A stretch of DNA of 64,000 bases from Meyerozyma guilliermondii (Eukaryota): assembly GCA_051546255.1 (NCBI GenBank), contig CP128816.1, positions 1,612,001-1,676,000 of the forward strand, written 5' to 3'. Each line of letters starts with the position of its first letter. Position 1 is the first letter of the stretch. A program made the position numbers and the translations under genes. The notes below the pieces were generated by a model. That model was given only the letters and a program-made list of their open reading frames with translations, was not told the DNA's origin and did not search any database. This document shows positions 52,985 through 61,572 of the stretch, in pieces.

Positions 52985-53878
52985 TTATTCGATATAACCC
53001 GCAAGAAACGCCTTGTAATAGATGGGTAAACCGTCAATTAGCGACGGCTTGCTAGGATGCCACCCAAGAATGGAGCGAGCAAATGTTCCTCTAACAATGC
53101 TTGTTGCCGCTAAAGCGACTTCGAAATTGGATTTGGGTTCTTTGTAAGAATACGATAGAACACCTGTAAGAGCCACTAGATGTGATAATAGCGTATCAAC
53201 GCTTTCGGTAGTAGTGTTGCTTCCCTCGATTTTGAGCCCCTTCACCAAAGGGTATTTCTCAACAGCAAGACGATATAACTCGCCTAAATCATCAACATGC
53301 ACTGTGGCATATCGACCACCGGGAATCCCTGGCCATTCAATTTTTCCGCTAGCGGCTATCTGACTGAAAAGGATACCAACAACGTTTGACTGCCTTCCAT
53401 AAACTAGTCCAGGACGAATAACCACTCCGTCAACTAATTTACTCGCAACTAGGTAGTTTTCCACTTCTGGTCGCCATGCAACTTTCTTAGGCGGATGAGT
53501 TGCTTCAGAGCCATCTGTCACAAACTCAAAGCGATTATCACCATGTAACCAAACACCAGAAGTCCATACGTATGCCAATTTTGCAGCTGTGGCATCCCGC
53601 TCGGCATTTTCAGCTTTTTTGATAAATTTAATACTCAATTCACTGAGTGAAGCACCTCCAAGACAATCAACTACAACATCAATTGATTGTAGGTCTTTTA
53701 ACCATTTATCATCAGAAACAGGGTCACATTCCAATACTTCTAATTCATTCCGCTCAAATAATTTACCCCATTTACCAGCATCTCGAGTTTGTCCAATAAC
53801 TTGGTGACCAGCACGTACCAATGATCCAGCAACACTAGAGCCGATATATCCACTGGCACCAAGAACGAGCACCTTCAT
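52985..53878 (-). CDS. Atypical/extended SDR (NAD-dependent epimerase/dehydratase-like)
   Basis: KVLVLGASGYIG Rossmann motif, TSGVWLHG, IRPGLVYG, VHVDDL..LY, ARSILGW.P. Confidence 0.9.
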   Translation of the reverse strand: MKVLVLGASGYIGSSVAGSLVRAGHQVIGQTRDAGKWGKLFERNELEVLECDPVSDDKWLKDLQSIDVVVDCLGGASLSELSIKFIKKAENAERDATAAKLAYVWTSGVWLHGDNRFEFVTDGSEATHPPKKVAWRPEVENYLVASKLVDGVVIRPGLVYGRQSNVVGILFSQIAASGKIEWPGIPGGRYATVHVDDLGELYRLAVEKYPLVKGLKIEGSNTTTESVDTLLSHLVALTGVLSYSYKEPKSNFEVALAATSIVRGTFARSILGWHPSKPSLIDGLPIYYKAFLAGYIE

Positions 53879-54163
53879 ATCAAATAAAGCTTGACCGGAA
53901 TTAGTTAATAAATGAGCCTTTCATATCCCCTTTTCTTTCTGGCATTGCGGCAACTTTCCGAAACGGCCAAGTTCTCACTCGGTAGAAGTCCGATAATCAG
54001 TTATATGCCGGATATAGTTGAGATCAGTGGTCGAAATACACTATGACTGACGCAGATGTTCGGAACATCGCCGAATACCGGCATGTCAACGATATCGTCT
54101 ATAGATAACCAAGTGCCACTTATCAAGTACCCTCCTGTTATCTTGTGTGAAAGCAGGAGTAGA

Positions 54164-55170
54164 ATGACTACCAAGATACTAAAAAGATCGTTGGCAAGGA
54201 GCTACGTTTGGTCAATGACAGGCGATAGACGTGTGACTCTAGAGAAAGAAGAATCTGTATCTGAGGCTGCAAATGGTAAGGGAAGTAGGACTGAAGCGTC
54301 GAAAAGGTACGACTGAATCAGCTAAAGAGATCCAAGAACGCGGCGGTGAACAATTACGATCACATATCGGACTGGAGATAAGAAATTGATGAAGATGTTC
54401 ATTCTTATCAAACAGCTTCCGTCAGGAAGTGCAAGTCACCGCATCATGACGTCCAAGGTTCTCCCAGCTCATCAATTCATGGAGGAGATGACACTTTTGG
54501 GTGAAGGATTTGCTAGTGAAATGCCGATACTCCAATTCCTCTGAGCCAGAAAGTATAAGTTTAGAATTCATTGGAAAAGAAAATTGGGCTCTTGCCAAAC
54601 TAGGAAGAGATTCTTTCAAGGTTGCCCGTAAAAATATGCTGGAAAAGCGAACACCCGATTTCACTGCGTATGACTCTTCTGTTTTGCGCCGAGTCTCGAA
54701 ACGCTACTTTACATGGATGAACAGTACCTGCTCTGTATTGCACATGAACTGAGACTATGAGGTATTGGAAAAATGCCAAACGAACGACAAGCACGCTACG
54801 AAATTTAAAATATTCAAATTGAAGACAGTCGTTGCAATTTCCTTATTATGGCCGTCTCCCAATCGACCGAATTACATGTAGCCTTTCATTCGGTTGAAGA
54901 AGCCATAAATTTGGTTAGTTATGCATCGAGACCACTCAGTTGTGTTTTTCCGGCAAACTGTTCAAAATTTGTTCATATGTAGATGAGATTCATCAAATTT
55001 GAAAGAACTTATGCCCTATGTATTTCGTTCATGGACGTTATACTACATATACAAACTTGCACTTCAGCACCTGAAACTCTTGCAACTTTAGTGAGAGGAG
55101 ATCATGAGAAATTTTACGGAAAATTTTTGAAGTTGCCTAAAAGCTTCGAAATTGCAAGATCCTGGTCATA
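54164..55170 (+). pseudogene. Probable decayed Zn2Cys6 / fungal-specific transcription factor
   Basis: RYFTWMNSTCSVLH (54702-54743), in-frame stop at 54750, then LEKC..FKIFKLKTVVAISL, resembling the start of the Fungal_trans domain. A stop-riddled RR*TCDSRER..C..C near 54220-54265 may be the zinc cluster. Boundaries are approximate. Confidence 0.55.
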
Positions 55171-55216
55171 AAGGAGGTTGCTGTGTATGGGATCTTCGTG
55201 CTAAGTCAGATGAATT

Positions 55217-55247
55217 GATCTCGAACGATCTCGAATAGATCTCGAAT
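55217..55247. repeat. Short tandem repeat, GATCTCGAA x3
   Basis: Copies start at 55217, 55227 and 55238. Confidence 0.8.
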
Positions 55248-55496
55248 GAATCTTGGTGAGATTCTCTCGCATGATTGCTCTCGTGACTCTCGATTAGAAT
55301 ACATTATTTAGCTACATCCTCTTCTGGCATTTCTCGTGCGTTGCATCTCTCGGTTATGACGTATCACCGAATCCCTACGAAAATTTCTACATTTTGAGTC
55401 AACTCGGGCCAACTCATTTTGACTCACTCGGCCGAAATTAGTTCGCGCGATGGGCGAACTCCACATAAAAGGAGCACATTCAGCAAACACATTATT

Positions 55497-55982
55497 ATGG
55501 TTCTTTTTTATCTTAAAGTCAAGGCCGAGATGGCCAATGTGACAGATCTTGTACCAATGAATACTCCTGAGGATCCCTTTGAATTCCAATTTACTGTGAC
55601 TTGCACCAAGTGTCGTCAACAGCACAATAAGCCAGTTACAATCAACACTTTTGAACAATACGACATTACGGGATCACGAGGAGAAGCCAGTTTCGTGTAT
55701 CGGTGCAAAGAGTGTAAGAGTGAACACTCTGCAAGCATAAAAACCACCGGTAAAGCGTTGGTGGCAGATAATAATGATTGGGTGCGTATACTTGAAATAG
55801 ATGCTAGAGGAGTTGATTTCAACGACTTTATACCAGATGGTAAATTTGCATGCGTGGGAGCGGAATCCGGAACCAAATTTACCGAGGTGGACTTGAGTGA
55901 CAATGAATGGTATGATTACGACGACAAAGCTGGTGAAGAAGTGAGCATCACCGACATCCAATGGTCTGTTGCTAGAAACTGA
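55497..55982 (+). CDS. DUF866/UPF0587 CXXC zinc-binding protein (YCR090C-like)
   Basis: CTKCR, GSRGEASFV.RCKEC, IDARG, SGTKF..VDL...EWYDYDDKAGEEVSI. Confidence 0.92.
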   Translation: MVLFYLKVKAEMANVTDLVPMNTPEDPFEFQFTVTCTKCRQQHNKPVTINTFEQYDITGSRGEASFVYRCKECKSEHSASIKTTGKALVADNNDWVRILEIDARGVDFNDFIPDGKFACVGAESGTKFTEVDLSDNEWYDYDDKAGEEVSITDIQWSVARN

Positions 55983-56403
55983 ACAATGAGCCATTGAGCC
56001 ACCAGCTCGAGTCTTTGAGTAGTTTGAGAATAACTGGATTCTTACTTATGTATTCTGGGACATTAGAGCATTACTGCATCACTATTTATCCGAATCGTAC
56101 TCTATGCGAGTCGGCAATCTCAGTGAAAACAAAATAGTGAAAATTATGCTTTGAATAAATACCCTAGCCCAAGCACCTTGGTGGTACCTTGGCGGTACCC
56201 CGTATTCACCGTCTACGTCTTCCCCGACCCAGTACGCCACTTCCACATCCCCATTGTACATCTCCCATTCTACTCCGAGCCGAGCCCCCACTACACCAGG
56301 CTTATCGGCTGTATCGGCACAGCAACCAAGTCCCTGCAGAAATAACCCTCCCTGACATTTGCGCTCTTTTGGTCTTGCATCAATTTCTCTTTCTATAGAT
56401 AAC

Positions 56404-57393
56404 ATGCCTGTGGATTCAATTACCCAACCAATTGCTGATAAGGTCAAGTCCATTGGTAAGAGTGCCCTGGACTCGATCCCCGATAAGCCTAAAGGTGGAA
56501 TTACCCTTTTTTCACCCGAGTATTATGCTGCTTGTACTCTTGGTGGAATTATTGCTTGTGGACCTACCCACTCGGCAGTGACTCCGTTGGATTTGGTCAA
56601 GTGTCGTCGTCAGGTGGACTCGTCAATCTACAAGTCCAATGTCCAAGGTTGGTCCAAGATTATGAAGACCTCAGGAGATTCCATTTTCACTGGTGTTGGT
56701 GCTACTTTCATTGGATATTCGTTTCAGGGTGCCGGAAAGTACGGGTTTTATGAATTTTTCAAGAAGACTTATTCTGATGCTGTTGGTCCCGAGTACGCTA
56801 ACAAGTACAAGACGGGAGTCTTTTTGGCTGCTTCGGCATCGGCTGAATTTCTTGCAGACTTGGCATTATGTCCATTTGAGATGATCAAGGTGAAGACCCA
56901 GACGACAATTCCTCCTTATGCAACGTCGGTATTTGACGGTTGGAAGAAATTGGTGGCTGCGGAAGGTTATGGTGGTCTTTACAAGGGTTTGGTTCCACTT
57001 TGGTTTAGACAAGTGCCATATACCATGGTCAAATTTGCTTCGTTTGAAAAAACCGTCGAGCAAATCTACAAGTATTTGGGCAAACCAGCATCGAGCTACA
57101 CTCCTATTCAACAGACTGGAGTATCATTTTTGGGTGGTTACATTGCCGGTATTTTCTGTGCTATAGTGTCGCACCCAGCTGATGTGATGGTGTCCAAGAT
57201 CAACGCAGACAAGAAGCCTGATGAAAGTGTTGGCAAGGCATTGGGTCGGATTTACAACAAGATTGGATTTGCCGGGGTTTGGAACGGATTGCCTGTCAGA
57301 ATTGTTATGATCGGTACTTTGACCGGATTCCAATGGCTCATCTATGATTCGTTCAAGGTGTACATTGGACTTCCAACCACCGGTGGTCACTAG
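56404..57393 (+). CDS. PIC2: Mitochondrial phosphate/copper carrier Pic2
   Basis: [23 protein letters not shown] (Pic2-type), RQVPYTM.KF, MIGTLT..QWLIYD. Confidence 0.88.
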   Translation: MPVDSITQPIADKVKSIGKSALDSIPDKPKGGITLFSPEYYAACTLGGIIACGPTHSAVTPLDLVKCRRQVDSSIYKSNVQGWSKIMKTSGDSIFTGVGATFIGYSFQGAGKYGFYEFFKKTYSDAVGPEYANKYKTGVFLAASASAEFLADLALCPFEMIKVKTQTTIPPYATSVFDGWKKLVAAEGYGGLYKGLVPLWFRQVPYTMVKFASFEKTVEQIYKYLGKPASSYTPIQQTGVSFLGGYIAGIFCAIVSHPADVMVSKINADKKPDESVGKALGRIYNKIGFAGVWNGLPVRIVMIGTLTGFQWLIYDSFKVYIGLPTTGGH

Positions 57394-57486
57394 CATAGAT
57401 ATACTTAGTGAATAATAAGGCAAAATTGGATTGTTATTACGTGGTGAGTGAAGTTTTTGACATGATATTAAAATGACGAAATTAGC

Positions 57487-58551
57487 CTATTGCTTCCACA
57501 CGTTGCGGAACAAATCTTCGTCGAGAGCATTGTTCAATGCTGCTGCCCCTGATGTCGCAGGAGTCTGTTTCCATGTAGTGTCAGCCCAATCATTACCCCA
57601 TCCAGCCTGGGATTGGGACTGTTGTGGCTGTTGCGATTGAGTTTTGGGGGTCTCGGAGTACACCAAACTGGACGAACTGGAGGTTGTAGCCCGAGGCTGT
57701 GATGGTGAAGCGCCTAAATTGAGTCCACTTAACGAGTTTGACAACGAGTATGGCTGTTTTCCAGTTAACGTTGGAGTTGAGTTGGATGGTGATGAATAGA
57801 GGGAAAGAATCGATTTTTTCAAGTCGGGACGCCCGTTAGAATTACTCCTTTCAGGTGGAGTCAGCATGGGAGAAGGCACAGCGTTATGGGAAGGAAGGGC
57901 GACAGGGGCCAGAGCTGCCAGGTTAACCCTTTGTACGGGCGGTTCCAGAGTTCCCTTCAGAGCCGTCGTTGCCGGCTTATTGCTGGTCACAAACGAGCCA
58001 AAGTCGTCCAAGAGAGATGCAGTGTGCGAGCTATCAGAGCCAGATGCGGATTTAGTGGCAAGTGGGGTGTCTAGAACACTCTTTTGATGGTTTTCATTGA
58101 CCGATATCTGCTTGTTCACCGGCCCCATTTTGAGCGGATCGGGCACTTGTGGAGAAGAAGTCCATTTGCGTAGGTCATATTTGGTGCGAATGAAATTATC
58201 AATCTTCAGTTGGTCAGGAATATACCCTTCAGGTAGCTTGGCTTCCCAGTACATGTTGCATTTGGCATTACCCCATTTCACCATCAGCTCCACCTGTTCA
58301 TCCGTCCAAGCATCCAAGTCGACAGATTTGACCTTGGATATGTGTGTACCCATCGATCTATGGATACCCGAACACCGTATACAAACAAAACATCCTAAAT
58401 TCCACGACGCCCATCTAGGGTGAGCGGCAGTTTTGCAATCTGCACAAGTCTTATTAGCCGTTTCTTTAGAGAGCTGGCGTAGGATCTGCTTGTGGCGCTC
58501 GGAATGTGTCTTTTTGGACGACGGCAACGCGTGGTTCCTGCTGGAGCTCAT
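57487..58551 (-). CDS. AGE2: Arf GTPase-activating protein Age2 (SMAP-like)
   Basis: ArfGAP zinc finger CADC..CIRCSGIHRSMGTHISKVKSVDLD, DLKKSILSLY, terminal LFRNVW. Confidence 0.9.
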   Translation of the reverse strand: MSSSRNHALPSSKKTHSERHKQILRQLSKETANKTCADCKTAAHPRWASWNLGCFVCIRCSGIHRSMGTHISKVKSVDLDAWTDEQVELMVKWGNAKCNMYWEAKLPEGYIPDQLKIDNFIRTKYDLRKWTSSPQVPDPLKMGPVNKQISVNENHQKSVLDTPLATKSASGSDSSHTASLLDDFGSFVTSNKPATTALKGTLEPPVQRVNLAALAPVALPSHNAVPSPMLTPPERSNSNGRPDLKKSILSLYSSPSNSTPTLTGKQPYSLSNSLSGLNLGASPSQPRATTSSSSSLVYSETPKTQSQQPQQSQSQAGWGNDWADTTWKQTPATSGAAALNNALDEDLFRNVWKQ

Positions 58552-58729
58552 GGATGATGGGAAATGGATCGTGATTCAGCGTTTGCTGGATTTCGACATA
58601 TGGACTGCACGCAGCCGCGCGGCACGTGACGAAACCCTTCTTGGTTGGGATTTTCATTTTGTTCCAGGAAACTTTAAACATATCCTATATTGTGGTTAGT
58701 GGACTCTTTTTGGTTGATTGCTGGTTATT

Positions 58730-59200
58730 ATGATGTCTGTTAGTTCTGGAAGCGAAAGACATCGATCACATCGTCTCCTTGACATCAGAGCTCATGATAC
58801 ACCCGATGACTTGTGGATGGTTATTCACAATAAAGTTTATAATGTAAGTTCTTTTGTTCTGGAACACCCTGGAGGTGTGGAAGTGTTGTTTGATTGCGGT
58901 GGCGTAGACGCAACCGAAGGATTTGACGATGTGGGTCACTCTGAACGAGCAGTGATGATGCTAGAACCGTACTATATTGGTGATGTTGCACCCGAAGATC
59001 AAAAACGAGGGTCTAGTTTAAGGAGCTCAGCACAGTCAAGGGAGCCGCTGGAAGGTACCGAAAAGACTGTAGGAAAGCAAATTAAGGAGAACGTTCATAA
59101 TTTTGTGGGACCAAATCTTGCACTTTTATTGTTTGCGGCATTGGCAATTTCCTCCCTTGTATTATATTTGGGATTGCAAAGAACAAAGTTACCGAGGTGA
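58730..59200 (+). CDS. Tail-anchored cytochrome b5-like protein
   Basis: LWMVIHNKVY, EHPGG, DAT.GF.DVGHS, C-terminal TM. Confidence 0.9.
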   Translation: MMSVSSGSERHRSHRLLDIRAHDTPDDLWMVIHNKVYNVSSFVLEHPGGVEVLFDCGGVDATEGFDDVGHSERAVMMLEPYYIGDVAPEDQKRGSSLRSSAQSREPLEGTEKTVGKQIKENVHNFVGPNLALLLFAALAISSLVLYLGLQRTKLPR

Positions 59201-59421
59201 CAAGTTCCAAATGATGGACTCAACAGGTCTCTGGCCTAACTGGATGCATGTGTTCGCTGGATGCGAACTAGTATTTATTATAGACATTAAAATAATGAGC
59301 AAAAAATTAAGTGAGAGCTAAAAATTTTTAATTCAGGAAGCAGCTTGGTGATTCCTTCTTGAATCAACTTGCTTTGCAATCATTAAAAGTTGCAATTACC
59401 TAAATTGAAAAAAATAATCGT

Positions 59422-59507
59422 AGCCCGACGCGGGGGTCGAACCCGCAGCCTTTTGATCGCTTCTCTTGTATAAGAGTCAAACGCTCTACCGATTGAGCTA
59501 GCCAGGC
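59422..59507 (-). tRNA. tRNA-Lys(CTT) with a 13-nt intron (59458-59470)
   Basis: Acceptor stem GCCTGGC/GTCGGGC, D-arm GCTCAATCGGTAGAGC, anticodon arm TTTGA-CTCTTAA-TCAAA after splicing, T-loop GGTTCGACCC. Pol III terminator T7 at 59408-59414. Confidence 0.97.
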
Positions 59508-59633
59508 CCGCTCTTGACAGAAAGGTGTTGCTAGTTCTTATGATCACACGATCTCAGTATATCTGAGAAGAAGTTGCTTGATTAGATACATATACTCTTA
59601 CTGAAGAACTTCCATTTACCATTTATTTATGTA

Positions 59634-60167
59634 TTAATGCTCAAGTAATGCTTTTAATTCGTTTTCGTCAAAAAGACTTCCTCCCGACTGCAATGTCTTG
59701 GCCAAGAGTACCAATGACTTGTCGGTGAAATCAGGTTTCTTACGAAGTTCGTCCAAATCCTCGCTAAAGCTGGACGCCATGAATTTCAAATACTCGTTCT
59801 CAAGGGTCTCTCTATCAGAGTTGATAGTTGACTTCGCAGCTTCCATGTCAATATTGCGATTATTTATTCCCTGGGTAGGGGCGGTGGTTGTGAGTTTGAT
59901 CCTTTGAAGATGACGCTGTTGCTCTAAGGTTAATGGTTCAGGAGCTGTCGATTTCTTTGCGTCGTAAGTTGGTTCCTCAATGGTTTCTATTGCGGCTTCG
60001 GTTTCATTCTCATCGTTTTGTTTGGACTCATCCATATGAGTATCCTCGTCTGACAGTGAAGAAGAAGAAGATGAGGAGTCGGAAAAATCCTCTGTTCTTC
60101 TCTTCTTCCGTCTTCGCCTACCCTTCTTTTCCTTTATTTGTTCATTTGTGACCTGGGGAGCTGCCAT
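59634..60167 (-). CDS. RSA3: Ribosome assembly protein Rsa3
   Basis: RRRRKKRRTEDFS.SSS and YLK.M..F..DLDELRKKPDFT.KSL.LLA..L..G..LF. Confidence 0.88.
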   Translation of the reverse strand: MAAPQVTNEQIKEKKGRRRRKKRRTEDFSDSSSSSSSLSDEDTHMDESKQNDENETEAAIETIEEPTYDAKKSTAPEPLTLEQQRHLQRIKLTTTAPTQGINNRNIDMEAAKSTINSDRETLENEYLKFMASSFSEDLDELRKKPDFTDKSLVLLAKTLQSGGSLFDENELKALLEH

Positions 60168-60176
60168 TGCCAAGGT

Positions 60177-60202
60177 AATTTTTGTCGCGAATTCGCGATG
60201 AG
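60177..60202. promoter_or_regulatory. RRPE-like plus PAC elements upstream of RSA3
   Basis: AATTTTT at 60177-60183 and canonical GCGATGAG at 60195-60202. Confidence 0.7.
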
Positions 60203-60255
60203 ATGCTCATAGTGGTGATGTATTGATTTTATGTAGAGACCCAATTGCACGCAAA

Positions 60256-61290
60256 TTACTTCTTGGGCTTCTTTTTCTTGACCATTCCACTCAAGTCGTT
60301 AACAGCAGTCCGCTTGGCCTTGTTTGGGTCGGACTTCTCGCCTGTTTCGGAGGCTTCTCCAAGAATACCTTTGATTATATCCAATTTTTGTTCATCAAAC
60401 TCTTCGGCTGGATCCTTGCGAAGATCCGCATATCTCTCTTTGAGCTCGTTCAAGAGCTCCAAGTTGTCCTTTTTCTTGGCTTCGTTCTTCTCTGTCTCAT
60501 TTCGGCGCTCCACAGAAGCTATAGCAAGGCGCATCTGCTCGGCAGATTTAGCCCTCAGGTTTGGGTCTTCGACACAAAACTCCAAAGCCAACGAGAGCTT
60601 GTAGTGTGATTCAGACACCAATGCAGATAGTTGGGAGTCGTACAACTGCTCGCGCAACTCCAAACTCTTTTGTAAATCTGCCGCTGCCTGGGGGAAATTC
60701 TCAGATTCGAGCGACACCTCACCTAGTAAATCGTAGACTTCAGATAACTTTTTGGTTATTGTAACGTACTTGTTTTGTGGCTCTTCGCTATCCGTTGCAA
60801 GATATGGGGTTTTACTCGGTTTATCCAGGCATTTTTCAAGCTGCTGCTCAAAGAGCGATCTGGCAAGGTCCAAAATCTCCCACGCAACTTCAAAGTCACT
60901 CTGGTCTTCTTCTGGCTCGTTTTCCTTGTCTTCATTATCCGAGGTCTCTTGTTCCTCGTGGCCAATTGGCGCCGACGCGTCGTTGGTATCATCTTCTTCG
61001 GCCAATGGCGCGTCATCATGGAACTGAAAATTGCCTGCCTCGTCATTATCTTCTTTCTTTGGCTCGTCTTGCTGAGCTCCAACTCCACCGAACACCTCAG
61101 ACCTCAGAACAGCGTTTTGGAACAATGCCTTGCCGTATAAATTCAAGAGATCAGCATCCTCTGCGCCATACTCAGAACTGTACGATTCACAGGCCTCACC
61201 ATACTTCAAGGCCGCTTCCTCGAAATCTTTCTGAGCATATAGCTTGTTTGCATCTGCCACCAAGGCGTTTATCGTGCTTGAATATGCCAT
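60256..61290 (-). CDS. HIF1: NASP-family histone chaperone Hif1 (SHNi-TPR)
   Basis: YGKALF, DFEVAWEILDLAR, LGEVSLESENF.QA, terminal VNDLSGMVKKK. Confidence 0.88.
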   Translation of the reverse strand: MAYSSTINALVADANKLYAQKDFEEAALKYGEACESYSSEYGAEDADLLNLYGKALFQNAVLRSEVFGGVGAQQDEPKKEDNDEAGNFQFHDDAPLAEEDDTNDASAPIGHEEQETSDNEDKENEPEEDQSDFEVAWEILDLARSLFEQQLEKCLDKPSKTPYLATDSEEPQNKYVTITKKLSEVYDLLGEVSLESENFPQAAADLQKSLELREQLYDSQLSALVSESHYKLSLALEFCVEDPNLRAKSAEQMRLAIASVERRNETEKNEAKKKDNLELLNELKERYADLRKDPAEEFDEQKLDIIKGILGEASETGEKSDPNKAKRTAVNDLSGMVKKKKPKK

Positions 61291-61572
61291 AATGAACAGA
61301 ATGAACCAACGCGCAAGAGAGTAGGATAGTTCGCGCGGCTCTCCAGCTACTCGTATGCACTTTAACGGTCCGCGCTCGGTGGTGCGCCGTTATATAAGCA
61401 TTATCTCATCAATCGATAAACACTATTGTTACAAGAATCAACACCAAAGCCAAAAATTAGCACAATTTGGCCGCTTTCCAATCCACAACTATACTGTCCA
61501 TCCTTCCTTTGCTCATATCAGATTATATCATTACTCGCTTTACTCATTACCTAAACTGCTTGGGCTTTTGCT

